Source: Eledone cirrhosa (taxonomy: Eukaryota). Taken from it: 64,000 nucleotides of DNA. Under the pieces are notes generated by a model. The model did not search any database and was not told the DNA's origin. It saw only the letters and a program-made list of their open reading frames with translations. Location: NCBI GenBank assembly GCA_964016885.1, contig OZ024742.1, positions 108,190,001 to 108,254,000 on the forward strand, written 5' to 3'. Below are positions 11,900 to 25,470 of this stretch, one piece after another. Every line of letters starts with the position of its first letter. The first letter of the stretch is position 1. The translations under genes and the position numbers were made by a program.

Positions 11900-13830
11900 A
11901 TATATATGAAAACAGGGAGAAAGAGACAATTATTAGGAAGAAAAATATATTTTTTTCCCTTTTTATTTATTTCTCTCTTTTTTTTCTGGGTTAGAAAATG
12001 ATTAAAACGAAATATTTTAGCCAACCTTGTCATGGGATATTTGGAAACCACTCTCCACCGCAAAGTTCTAGACAAATACGGCAACCACGTCTACCAACAC
12101 ATAGAAAAGAACTGGAAGAGATATCTGGACGACTGCTGCTTCATCCTCTGGCATGAAAATATAGATAGACTGTTTGAGTTTAAAACCCTTCTGAATGGAC
12201 TCAGCACAAACTTACAATTCACAATGGATTACAGCCATGAACAACTCCCTTTCCTCGACATCCTAATCAAGAAAACAAACAACACAATAGAAACAGACAT
12301 ATACTACAAACCCACAGACTCCAAACAATACCTCCTATTCAACTCGTGCCACCCTAGACACACCAAAATGGCAATTCCTTATAACCTAACCAGAAGGATC
12401 TGCACAATAGTTTCAGATAAATACACATGCTACACACGACTAGAAGAATTAAAAAACACACTTATCAGCAGAAACTACCCACCATCCCTAATCAACAATG
12501 GATTCCAACGTGCCCTAAAACTCAACATCCAGGAACTCAGACACCCCAAACCCAGGAATGAACCGCAACAGAAAACTCTACCATAATCTCCACACACAAC
12601 CCCCTCAACAACGAGGCATTCGACACCACCATCCTCCAGAATATTCCTTTACTAAAAAGAGACCCAAGAATGAACAAAATCCTCCAAACACACATCATAA
12701 AGAGCAACAGACAACCGAAATCCATAAAAAACATCCTCACACAAGCCAAAATCCAACAAACCCTCACAATGAACCCTACAGTAACAAAATGCGGAAGGCC
12801 CAACTGTGGCATATGCATAAATTTAATAGAAGGTTCAACATTCCATTTTAAACAAGGACAACATTTCACAGTTAACCACAACTTTACATGTGCATCTGAA
12901 AACCTAATCTATGTTTTGACCTGTTCAGGTTGTCAAGAGCACTACACAGGACAGACAAAAAAATAGCCTCCGACAACGTATGACCGTCCATAAATCACAA
13001 ATCAACAAACAGGAATACAGAAAGATTGCATTTAGTGAACATATCCCCAATTGTGCACCCAACCACCATCCAAACTTTAAAATTTTCCCCATTTACAAAT
13101 TCATAGACAACGCTACTTTCATCAATCGTACCAATAAGGAAACATATTTCATTAACAAATTCCAACCTCTACTTAATGCACTAAACTTCGGACAAAACTA
13201 AAACTGGAACAAACAATCAAACATTTACAAGATTTACCTCCCTCACAACCTACCTAATCCTTTTTCTTAAATAAATTAAATATCATCCAGCATGAATTGC
13301 CTCCCCCTGCATATTAACTCTCTAAAAAGGGAAATCATATCAAACCCCAGTCCACCATTTGCCTCCATCATGGATCAACTAAGCACCCTTGCTATATTAA
13401 CACATTTTGATCTGCTTATCTTCAAGATCTATGCCTGTAAATAACATTATTTTTCTTTCACATTGACTTATTATGCTCCACATTACTCTCCTTTTTCTTT
13501 TCCCTTCATAAACCTTGTTTGTAAATAACATTATTCCTTCTGTACCATTACGTTAACATGTGCAACACCACCATTCTACACCAATACATATCACTATCAT
13601 TTGCTAATGCATAAAAATTCTGAAATTGGTAATAGACAATTATTAAATATATAAATAGATAAATAAATGCCATTGTTAATTAATAAATAAATCAACTAAT
13701 ACCTTAACACTTCACACAAAATAAAATATTTCGTTTGAATCATTTTCTAACCCAGAAAAAAAAGAGAGAAATAAATAAAAAGGAAAAAAAAAAATGTTTT
13801 TCTTCCTAATAATCGTCTCTTTCTCCCTGT

Positions 13831-13837
<7 letters not shown>
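11900..13837 (+). mobile_element. 5'-truncated Penelope-like element (RT, Cys-rich linker, GIY-YIG) with an inverted 3'-end copy at its 5' side
   Basis: ORFs 12032-12586 (MGYLE..WKRYLDD, LPFLDI, YYKPT..YL..SCHP), 12670-12966 (CGRPNCGIC, NLIYVLTC..C..YTGQT) and 12980-13201 (E..FI..F..LN). 11900-12020 is the reverse complement of 13722-13837. (TA)n on both flanks. Confidence 0.9.
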
Positions 13838-13901
<64 letters not shown>

Positions 13902-14041
13902 TAACAGATTAAAGTTTAAGCAAAGAATCGCTGCTTTCACCCTTAACGTGATCTTCTGAAACTAAAAATATCAATCTGTGAACGCAGAAGTAAATATTTC
14001 GAAAAACGTTACACACTATATATACATATATATACACACAG

Positions 14042-14143
<102 letters not shown>

Positions 14144-14239
14144 GCGTCATAATGTCGTAATGCAGACATCCAGACATACAGACATATATTATAAAGGCGC
14201 AACGTTATATCTATGTATCTACCTAAAAAGAAAGACTAA

Positions 14240-14437
14240 GAATTATAGAGAGAGATTGCTAAATCCCCTAGGTCCCTGGGGCATTGAAAATTTGACATAT
14301 TTTTTGCTCAAAACAACACTCATAGGACCATAAGTATTACATGTGTAAAGTTTGAAAAAGGTTGGTTGGGTGATTCTCGAGTGTTAGGGAGTCAGACAGA
14401 CAGACACACATTCTCTGTTTTAGATACATATATTAGA
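14240..14437 (-). mobile_element. Probable non-autonomous Helitron 5'-end fragment
   Basis: Minus strand begins TCTAATATATGTATCTAAAA...gaatgtgtgtctgtctgtctg...ttcaaactttacacatg. This resembles animal Helitron 5' termini and the end at 24905. Confidence 0.45.
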
Positions 14438-14645
14438 CAGAAACTACGTAATATGCCAGCTGTAGCTTGATAATATCTATATTCCCCATTTGGTAGCTGG
14501 TGCGTTCCATGGGAATGTAGGTCGGGGATTGTTTTAGAGGGAGTTATGAGTGTAGCTCAGTGTTTAGTCTACGATGTTTTCTCAGTGTTTTGTTTACTGG
14601 TTAAGGCAATCAACTGTCTTATTTACGCACGCACACACACATACG

Positions 14646-14698
<53 letters not shown>

Positions 14699-15371
14699 CC
14701 ATACACACACACTCTTATCTTAAATCCCACAATGTCCGAGATTACAAGGTCACCATTTATCAGTCAGTGCAGATACATTAAAATAATACGAACTAATAAT
14801 ATCAATGACTTCCAAAGTTTCAATCGATCAAACAAGAATTAGTCTTATGCCAAAACCAAAAGAAACAGCAACATATAAAAACATTTATTTCTATATTATA
14901 TTTGAAATATTTAATATGAAGCCAATATAACACAACTACAGAGAAAAATCAGAAGAGAGGGGGAAAGAAAAACCGATTCATCAAAGTGACTTATATGAAA
15001 AGTGGCTCTCATTTAGCAGTTCCACACCATTGCGCTTACAGTTTATTGCCGTAATACGTTTTAATATATGAACAGATTTATGCTTCAGTGTGTGGGTATA
15101 TCTGCGGGTTTGTGTATACTTATGCATCTATGCCTGTGCCTGTGATTTTGTGTATATTTATGTTTTGTATGCGTACCGTTGTAAATTTTATAATATAATA
15201 TCTTATATAGATTATATATATTATACATATATTATGTGTATGTGTATTGGTGTGTGTGTGTATACGAGTATATGTGCGTATTTGTGTACATTTATGTGTG
15301 TAAGTGTGTGTTTGGCTATATTTATGTTTGCATGTCCGAGTGTACATTTATATGTGTGTATGTTTGTGTGA

Positions 15372-15506
<135 letters not shown>

Positions 15507-15729
15507 TGTGTGTGTGTGTGTGTGTGTGTATGCGTTGGGAAGTGTTTGTTTGAATCAGTATATTTTGTTACCTTTCATGTGATATTAAACCATAACTGAC
15601 ATAAGCATTTCAAACAAAACTTCTCTCTTCAAATAGCGAATAAACGAATCGGTGCAAACAGCTTAAACAACTAGATATACATACCTCATATTAATTATAG
15701 GAGTAGTTAATAAACCGTAACAATCATGA

Positions 15730-15781
<52 letters not shown>

Positions 15782-16011
15782 ATATGTACATTTTACCGTC
15801 ATATCAATTGATTGGTAAGACCCTGAATTGTATCGCTTTTCGTTGTGTTTCGTATTCGTTGCAATTCTATCCCCAATACGACTGGGGAGAGTGGTACTGT
15901 CATAGTACTTGGAAGAACAACGACAGCCAATTGACAGCTGACGAGTGGGAAATCACTGTTTCTTCATCGGCTCTGAGACTTAATGTTCTTCGTTTGCTCA
16001 ATGTGATACAA

Positions 16012-16045
<34 letters not shown>

Positions 16046-16058
16046 ATTGTATATGTAT

Positions 16059-16097
<39 letters not shown>

Positions 16098-16157
16098 CTG
16101 TCTATGTGAGTGTGTGTTTATGATTGTATGTATGTATGTATGTGTGTGTGTGTGTGT

Positions 16158-16244
<87 letters not shown>

Positions 16245-17159
16245 GCATATTGGAAAATTCCTCAATATATAGTATGCTCTTTACATACGCCAGAATGTTT
16301 GGAGCAAGAGAACAATCGCCCATACAAACTCCAGTACGTGGTTGCTACTTTATTTTATCAATAACTGAAGGATTAAAGGCAAAGACAAACTCAGAACGGC
16401 ATATATATATATACTAGCTGAGCTACCCGGTGATACCCGGGTATTTTATGAAAGTTACAATATATTTGGCACACATTACAAAATATTTGACCATTCAAGG
16501 GCATGACAAAAAACATACATTTAGATTTTTTTATTTATCCTTTTCTTTGCTCAATCTGAACCTCTGAAATTCATACAACATGTAAAGAATATTTTAAAAA
16601 CCATAAATAAAATAATAAAATAAATCTAGCATTGGTTTATGATTAAATGAAGCATTTACCTACTCATTTCTGTAATTAGGGGAAAGTGCATTTAAATTTG
16701 TACACTGTAGCTTTCACCAATCTTTGCCTTTATGGCAGTAGGATCTTGTTTGAGGGAGATTTGTTTTCTATTTCTATTAGCTATACCAACAGTTATAGTG
16801 GCTCACATGACATAGATAGATACATACGCACACATGTATGTGTGTAAGACAGTTGTTTGTGATTTGAAATGGATTTTGCTAATATTTCTAGTAGATCGAG
16901 TTATCACATAGAACCATTCCTTTTTGCTTCATACATATATACATACCTGAGAAAGTAAGGTGGAATTTGAAGGTAATTTGGCTGTTATTTCTACCCAACA
17001 AAGTCCTCTCTTATACTACTTTATATAGAGAGGTACCCGAGAATGCTTGCATATTCTTCCAAAGTAACAGCATGCAGGAAATTTGCGGCTTCAGAATTCC
17101 TTGCAAACTACATGACTAAGGAATTAGGATCTGTGTGTATTGTCATTGAATGAGGAATT

Positions 17160-20100
17160 ACGACATTGCTCATTCCAAAGCCTCTGGATAAACAAATTCT
17201 TGGTTTTGCCTTGTGGTGCCACAATGAAGTGACAATCAGGGTTCCCAACCCTTGTTGTGCCAACATAGAGTTGACCATGCGAAAAGACAAGATCTGCCAG
17301 ATTCAACCCAACGACTTTCAATGATTGCCCTTGAGATTTATTAATGGTCATGGCAAAACTGAGCCTGATCGGAAATTGAAGTCTTTGAAATTCAAATGGC
17401 AAATCAGTTGGCTTCAGAGGTATTCTGGGAATGAAACAATTGTCACCAGCACATTTTCCTGACATGATTGCAACTTCTAGAACATTGGACATCATATTTT
17501 TGATGATAGGTCTTGTGCCATTACAAAGTTTTGGAGGATCCAGATTGCGAAGTAGAATAACCGATGCTCCAAGCTTCAGTATCAGGTTGTATGGAGGAAT
17601 TCGCGCTTGTTCAAGACTGTTCAAAAATTCAGTTGGTTAGTTTACAATCTGGTCTTGAGAAGTGATTATGTCAACTGATTTGTAGCATATTTTCTCTCCC
17701 GGTAACATCTCCAGCAGCATTCTGTTGATTTCTTTCACAGCAACATTTTTAGGTGTTAAGATTGCTCATTCGCAGAGCCATTTCGGATCACATTGCCTGG
17801 TCTGAATGTTTGGAAATACTCTGGCAATCAGTTCTTGTTCTGTGTCAAGGATATGGCCAAATGACAACCCAATATGGTCATTGGAGTCCTTTTCAAGAAG
17901 TCCATTTCCCAATTTAAGTAGTTGGATGGCAAACTCACTGACACCTTCGTCACCAGTTAAGTGCACTCGCATGTTGGTTGTAAGGCTCAGCAGCTGAAAG
18001 TGGGGCCAGAGATAGGATGTTTTCAGACAGGCATTGACCTGATCAGCTCGAGTCTCTCGAAGAATTACAGGCAGAGTTTGTCTGAAATCACCAGCAAGAA
18101 CCATTGTCACTCCTCCCATTATGCAACTATTTTCTCTCAGATCTCTTATCGTCCGGTCCAAAGCTTCAATTGCTCCTTTATGGCTCATAGTAACTTCATC
18201 CCGAATTATCATTTTGCATGTTTGCAGAAGCTTGCCCTTGGGTGAGTTCTTCTTGATGTTGCAAAAAGATTGTTTATGCCGTGAGATCTATGGGCAGCTT
18301 AAACATGGAGTGTGCAGTTCTTCCTCCATCCCGAAGTGTTGCTGCAAGGGCAATATGTTGCTTTTGGCGAACTTTTGCAAGCAGAAGGTTTATGAGGAAT
18401 GTCTTGCCTGTGCCAGCAGGAGCATCGATGAAGAAAAGTCCTCCCTTGTCATTTTGAACGTTTTCGATAATGTTGTGGTAGGCGTATTTCTGGTCATCCA
18501 TCAATAGAGGTTCATCTTCATCCACAAACTTACGCAATGCTTGAATGTCGAACTTTGTCTCCTGAAAAATGTCTTGTGCTACCTCCATTTCTTCATCTGG
18601 CTCTGGCATCCCGCAGTTAACTAATGTGCTATTCATTGCCTGAACTCGATGGGACAGGTCACAGAGAGCTTGATTGTAAATTCTGGGGGTATATTCCATA
18701 TACATATTGCCATGATGTCTTCGGGCTAGGTGTAGATAATCGTCCGACATATTGTTTTTGTACTGCTGCTAGAGTAGATGAGCTTCATCAATTCCACATG
18801 CTGTGAGCATAATAGCAAATAATTGTCTTATTTGACTGGCTACTTGAGTGATTGCTGCTTCTTCTAAGCACTTCTTCCAGTGTCCATTGTCATGCAGGAG
18901 TCTATGCTGTTTACATGCTTCTTGGTATGTTGCGCACTCCCTTCCTCTGAAGCGTCTAAGATCCTCAAATGACGTTGGTCCTCGAACAATATGCAGAAGT
19001 AGCCGTAAATAAAAACATTCTCTGTTGTTGGGATGGACATTGTAAACACGCCTAATAGCATCACTTGACTTGACTTCATGACCTTCCACTAAATGACCCT
19101 GCTTTCTTCGATTCCAGGTCTTGCAATTGGTCCAGGTGTAGTATGTTGGGACTTCAGCATATAGGAAGGATCGAGCAAATTCATCATTCTGGCAGAGTTT
19201 AAAGAAAGCAGTTAGTGTGGTGTCATGTGATGCTTGTGCCAACTGATGAGCAGTGATCTCAGCGAAGTACACTCTCTGTCCATTTTCAAGATGGACTGCG
19301 AGGTTTACCACTGTTGGGTGGCGTTGGTGGATATCGAACCCAAAGATTCACCAGATAGCTTCATTGCTGGAGATGTATTGACCTGTTTGTTACCGTTTGA
19401 CCTCATCCAGCTCACCATCATTGAGTTCTTTGTCAGTAATAAAGGTAGCCATGTCACTGCCCTTGTTGATATATTTTGTGACATATAGGATTGGCTTCAC
19501 GGAGCTGCAATACTCAACATTGATATGAGCTTTTAAAAGTTTACACAACAATTTGTTGTGTGGGACGACCCACTGATTGTTTATGGTCAGCTCCTCTCCT
19601 CGAACTGTTAGGCTTGCACTATTGCCTCCATGTTCTGGTCTACGCCTACGATAAATGGGGTATCCATTATTGTCAGTCCGAGTTTCCCGAATAAAAGCTC
19701 TAGGATAATGTTGGCTGCATTTTTTATCTTTCATGCAGGGAGAGGCTGGATTGATGACTCCACATGGACCATGAATGAGTTTGGACTTGATGATTTCAAA
19801 GAGCTTTGGATCACCACCTTTATCAGGCAACTCTGCTGAAATGATCTTATCAACATCATCTGGTCTTATATTCTCCTTGCACCAGATTAGTGTGTGAGAG
19901 TGAGGAAGACCTCTCTTCTGTTGGTGAAGAATTTCTTGTAAATTTATGACTATGTAGAACTGCAATCCACCATGGACATTGGTACATCTTTGTTGTGCCT
20001 GTGTTTCATTTCCACCATGAAGTAAACCTGCACAAATTTGTGAGGTTCCTGTGAAAGTGGCAGAAGGCCACCCATTAAGTGGTAACACTGTCCCTGAATT

Positions 20101-20710
20101 TTATAAGTTGTACAGAATTTAAAATCAGTGACATTCCTGTCAGCCCCAAAAGATGTCATTTGAAAGGCAGAATTATATTTTATGATGTATTTAATGAAGT
20201 GTCGTGCTTCTGGTGTATCCTGAAGGAGCAGATTCTTCAGAAATTCAGGAGGTTCTTGTATTGTTTTAAGGCTCACTTTGCCTTTTGAGCAGTGTAGACT
20301 TGGTGTTTCTGCTGCCCACTTCTTGGCACCACAATACTGGCAGCATTTGTTCATTTTCCCAATGTTGATTTGTGGATTACTGCTGTAGTCCTTTTGAGGG
20401 TCATAAGAAAAAGAACCCATCAGCCAGTTCATTTTCCTTGTGGCTTGTTCTCCTGCTGGGGCAGTAGAACGATGTGCTTGATTATCATTTCGTCTGATTT
20501 GCTGCTGTTCCTTAATTTGTTGTTCTCGTGTAGCAGCAGTCCTTTGTTCCCTTTCATCCAAACGGTGTGCTCGTGCTAAAGCTGTTTGGGCTCTGTTAGC
20601 AGCTAGACGGGCATGCCGAACTTCTTCACTTTCTTCAGATCGCTGTGTTTTCTTTCTCTTAGCCTCTGAAGATGACCTTCCATATAATGATCTGGAACGT
20701 TTTCTAGGCA
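17160..20710 (-). pseudogene. Helitron RepHel (HUH Rep plus PIF1-family SF1 helicase), multiple stops/frameshifts and an internal deletion
   Basis: C..CGA.KW..E, YNSAFQMTSFG, QKRGLPHSH (HUH motif), YVTKYINKG, DAPAGTGKT (Walker A), DEVTM, GDFRQTLPV, NMRV, FAMTINKSQGQSL, FSHGQLYV. Confidence 0.95.
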
Positions 20711-21004
20711 TTTGAAGTGATATTATTACACACCACACGATAAAATAAAGTACCAGTAATGCATTGGAATAATTGCTGGCCTTATGCCAAAAGTAGAAAC
20801 AATTATTACACACCACACTCTTTTCGAAATAGAAACAACTCAGTAAAGTTGTTTTAAATGATCTCTTTATACACTAGGTGTAATTTATTTTAGACATATG
20901 TAGAAAATATTGGGATTTCAGATTGTATTAAAAAAAACGACAAACACTACAAAATAAAATATTTTCTGTTAATTCAAATAAAAATGGAAAATAATATATT
21001 CAAA

Positions 21005-21195
21005 TAATTGTTTCTACTTTTGGCACAAGGACAGCAATTATCCAGTACATTACTGGTACTTTATTTTATCGACCCCGTAAGGATGAAAGGCAAAGTTAAC
21101 CTCGGCGGGATTTGAACTCAGACCGTAAAGGGGCGTAACTATGCTGGAAAGCATGGTGTCCTACTCTCTACCAATACTGCCAATCCACCGCCCTA
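21005..21195 (-). mobile_element. tRNA-derived SINE (family A) inserted in the Helitron
   Basis: Near-complete copy matching 8180-8392 and 50090-50266. Confidence 0.75.
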
Positions 21196-22059
21196 TAATT
21201 TATTCAAATAATATCTTTTAAAAATACCGTTTTTTTTCCGTCTGTTAAATACATACATATATACTTCTATAATTCTATAAAAGCACCTGATTTCTTTAGA
21301 CATACGTAGAAAATAAGCTTTGATGGTAACATAAATCGTCTGCTAAAGAACGCCCCCCCCCCCCCCATAACACACATGTGTGTGTAAATATATATATAAA
21401 CGCGGACACACGTTAGTTAAATAATCCCTCCAATCACCTTCCCTCTCTCCTGCTTCTTTACTTTTTTTTCTCTCCCATCTTTTCTCTTTTCTTATTGTCT
21501 TTCTGTCCCCATCCGCCTCACTCCCTTTCTCTTTCTCATCTCCTCTCTTTCTTTCTCTCTCTCATACTATACACTAAATGTTCTCAACGGGGGGCATATG
21601 CACCCCCGGGGGGGAGTTTCGGAACTCCAGCGGCGTTTGGGAGCAACGGGGGGTGGGGTGTGGGGGGTCGGAAATGGGGGAGGGGGCTGGAAGGCTCTTT
21701 ACTTTGGTAAGTTTTATAAGCCATATTTGTATGTCTTTGAGACAGCCAGTGTGAATGCATTTGAATGAGCATGCAGACAGCATAACTATGGTCTGACCGC
21801 AGCTGTGAGCAGGTGTGCAGGCGTGTCTAGACATTAACCAGCAATTGAGATCCTAAAAATGGAAAAACCCACAGTCAACTGGGTCAAGGACACTTTGAGC
21901 GCTGCCAGTTAGAATCTTGTCTTTCCTTCACCGATAACAATGTATTTCATGTCTGAAATTATTGACTCAACCGTAACGAGTGTAGATCTATTTTATTCCC
22001 TATTGTATAAATAATATTACAAATAAAAAAGAAAAGAAAAAACACAGAAGCGGATAGCA

Positions 22060-22390
22060 CACACATCTAGGACCACAAGTAACACATAACACATAATCAG
22101 TAACACATAATCAGATAATACACACATCTAGGACCACATACAGCACATAAGCAGGTAATATACACATCTAGGACCACATACAACACACAGGCAGGTAATA
22201 CATACATCTAGGACTACATACAACACATAATCAGGTAATACATACATCTAGGATCACATACGACACACAAACAGGTAATACATAAAGCTGGGACCACGTG
22301 CAATACATAAGAAGGTAATACATACATCTAGGACTATATACAACACACAGGCAGGTAATACATACATCTAGGACCACATACAACACACAT
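22060..22390. repeat. ~39-40 bp minisatellite (acacatctaggaccacatacaacacataagcaggtaat), about 8 units, inside the hAT
   Basis: Seen directly. Confidence 0.9.
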
Positions 22391-23421
22391 TGTATCATGT
22401 GCTACGGACGACGCAAGAGCAATGGTCGGCCAACATAGCGGTTTCGTCACTCTTCTGAAGAGAGAAAATCTATCTGTATTTGCTGTTCATTGTGTCATTC
22501 ATTGACAACACTTGGCTGCGAAGAAACTCAGCGAGCCGCTGAGCAAGTCCTTGCAGGTGGTCATTGATGTCATCAATTTTATTAAACGGCATTCCCTCAA
22601 TGAAGGAATTTTCCGGCAACTGTGCCAAGATAATGACGAAGAATTCGTCAAGTTGCTCCTTCATACTGAAGTGAGGTGGCTTTCAAAGGGCAAGTGCCTT
22701 ACTCACTTCTCTGAACTCTTCGACTCTATCACTGAGTTTCTGCGAGTACGCAACACAGAACTGTACAAGAAAGCCCTACCTCACCGACATCTTCGACAAA
22801 TGCAATAGCGTCATTTTGGATTTGCAGGGGAAGAAGATCACCTTGCTTAAAGCAAGGAATTCTGTGAAAACATTCCTGGCCAAATTGAATGTCATAGAAA
22901 AGAATCTTTGTTGACGGGAATTCTATAATTTTCCTAGTGTTGCCAATGTTCAAAACATTGTAAGCGATGACCAACTCCAAATTTATACCACTCACCTCCG
23001 TGCGCTACAAGACAACATGAGAGAACGGTTTGTCGACCTTTTGCCGATGGACATCCCAATGTGGATAGCAGATCCCTTCATAGCTACCGTCGATGATTTG
23101 GACGTTAAATTTCAGGAAGAATTCATTGAACTTCAAACAGATGATATGATCAAAATTAGATTTTCCAAAATCCATTTTTGGAGGCAAGAGGAAATTCAGC
23201 GTCGATTTCCACATCTACATGCAGAGGCTAAGAGATTTGCTCTGCCTTTTCCAAGCTCATACTTAGTCAAGAGGAGGTTTGATGCTGTTTCCAGACTGCA
23301 CAGTAAGGCTCACAACCGCTACAATGTAATTAAACGTGGAGATCTCCGGCTACATCTTACGAAAATCCAGCCTGGCGTCAAAGAGTTAGCTAGACTCCAT
23401 GAAGCTCAAGGATCCCATTGA
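22390..23421 (+). pseudogene. Buster-family hAT transposase, C-terminal two thirds, disrupted
   Basis: SCATDDARAMVG, HCVIH, LLLHTEVRWLSKG, PFPSSYLV..F, RGDLRL, QGSH-stop. Confidence 0.9.
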
Positions 23422-24469
23422 AATAAGGTCAAAGTTAAAGTAAGTTGATTTATCCGAAAACTTGGATATACTATTGTTACAAAGCAAACTAACATTTTTT
23501 TATTTGTACTTGCAGTCTGACTGCACTGGAAACCATCTACTACAATTCACTTACTCATTTGTTGTATATATTTTACCATTTACTAATAAATATACCCTCT
23601 TACGTACGTGATCATAAAAACCCTCGTCCGTGGTTTCTAAGTTCACAAAGCGGAGGGGAACATCAAGTTAGATATCAACATTTATTCTGTTCGTTTCATC
23701 AAAGGGAACATTGGAAAGCTTTGAAATGATATAATTGCCACTTTCTTCCAGATAAGAGCACTCTTGGGATAGACAGAGTTGCTCTTGTATAAATGTTCAA
23801 AATAGCTGGTAATGCCTGGTAGGAATATAACAAATTCAACTGGACCTTATTCATAAAAAAGAACATTTATGTTCCTTTTTTTGAAATTTATATATTTCCT
23901 TTCAAGGAATGTATTTATACTATCAGCTGCCTGCAATGGTATCTTTGGAATATTGTTAATCAATTTTTTAGTAATCTACTGATATCAAAATAAGTAGTAT
24001 ATTGAAAAATGGAAAAATAGGGTAGGGGGGTGTTTCGTGATTTCAAGGGACAAAAGGGGTTTGGCCTAAATGGGTCGAGAACCTGTGCTCTACACAATAA
24101 CTAACAAAAAAATAAATAAAAGATAAATAACATTGCGAGAGTTAAGAAATGTGTAAAAATAATAAATAAATAAAAGTTAATGAACGCTTTCTAATTTCAC
24201 TCTCTCTCCCATCCCATTACTCTCTCTCCTTTTCTCCCCCACTCCCCTCTCTCTCTACAGAATAGAGAACAAAAAATAAAGAAAAGATAAATAACGTTAA
24301 GGAAGCGGGAGAGTTAAAAAGTGTATAAAAATAATAAATAAATAAAAGTTAAGAACGCTGATTACTTTGCCTCTCACTCTTTCATCGTCTTTCTCTCTCA
24401 TCCCCTTACTCTCTTTCTTTCTCTCTCACATCTTCTTACTCTCTCTCTCTCTCTCTCTCTCGCCCATGT

Positions 24470-24507
<38 letters not shown>

Positions 24508-25264
24508 TCTTACTCTCTTTCTTTCACTCTCACATCCCCTTACTCTCTCTCTCCCATCCACTCACTCTCTCTGTCTCTCTCATCCCCTTACTCTCTCTCC
24601 CATCTGCCACTCTCTCTCTTTCTCTCTCATCCCTTACTCTCTCTCTTCCCATCCCTCACTCTCTTATCTACAGACTGGAGAACATAAAAAAACAAAATGG
24701 AGGATCTCTTTTGATATTCATTATAAAATAAGATAAATTGAATTTAAATGAATTCCTTGCTTTGCAAAGTAAAACTTTTTCGACCGTTACCTGTCCGAGT
24801 GTATAGTGAATATGTACATGTAATTTTGAGGAGTTTGGTCCGGTAGTTTGCTAGTTTTAGGCGGACACACAGAATCGTAAACTTACATTTTTATATATAT
24901 ATAGATATGTAGTTTAGAATAAAACGTTTTCGAATAAGAAAACAAATAAGGGTAGGTGAAGAAGTTATTACAGCTCCAAATATTAGATTTATTACAATAA
25001 ACTACTCAGAAGGCTACATATGATTCTATTTGTATGAAATATAAACATTTACCGTTGGTGTAAGGTTTCATACAAAATGATTGGAAGCGGTAAAATGTTT
25101 CTTGCATTTTTATTAATTCGTATGAATCCAACCATTTGTTCATATAGTTGATTAACTAATAATTAATTATATGTTTTATGATGTGGGAGAAACGTGCGTT
25201 AATTAAAATATAATATAACTAACAATCTCTGGTCTTCTTTTCACACACACACAATATTTATTTA

Positions 25265-25310
25265 TTTCATTTACCCGTTTCACAGTTCTTATGCTTTTCA
25301 AAAGTAAAAT
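25265..25310 (-). ncRNA. Decayed minimal hammerhead motif with U3-A8 core; same family as 45302-45344
   Basis: tt TTGAAAA gcat-aagaa-ctgt GAAA cggg TA aatg. The flanking gagatggaggg...gtggttt is shared with the 45.3-kb copy. Confidence 0.5.
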
Positions 25311-25470
25311 TGAGATGGAGGGCTTGTGGTTTGTCTCGCATTGAGACCATTATATATAATGATTTCGATCCCATAATTTACAATTTGCTCAACAAATTCA
25401 TTTGGAGCACACTGATAGCATCAATTGTAAAGTAACATCCACAGCCTAGCATTAAATTGTGAGTGGAATT

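Larger units (their letters stand above)
21575..24087 (+). mobile_element. hAT (Buster/Charlie-type) DNA transposon nested in the Helitron
   Basis: Degenerate TIRs taaatgttctcaacgg / gggtcgagaacctgtg. 8-bp TSD with central TA: ctatacac (21567-21574) and ctctacac (24088-24095). Transposase remnants inside. Confidence 0.85.
16414..24905 (-). mobile_element. Full-length Helitron with both termini, interrupted by a SINE and a hAT transposon
   Basis: 5' terminus A|TCTATATATATAAAAATG at 24905. 3' terminus is the hairpin tacccgg-gtatca-ccgggta followed by gctcagCTAG|T at 16414. A/T target with no TSD, and a RepHel pseudogene inside. Confidence 0.85.

Noticed and set aside
12032-13837. Selenoprotein-type (UGA-recoding, SECIS) PLE
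   Set aside because: Conserved Cys positions are ordinary TGY codons and I found no convincing SECIS in the 3' UTR.
15934-15960. acag CTGACGA gtgg GAAA tca ctgt minimal hammerhead-like string
   Set aside because: There is no pairable stem II or stem III and no proper NUH geometry.
21640-21692. G-quadruplex-like G-runs
   Set aside because: They lie in the hAT subterminal region, and nothing suggests a separate function.
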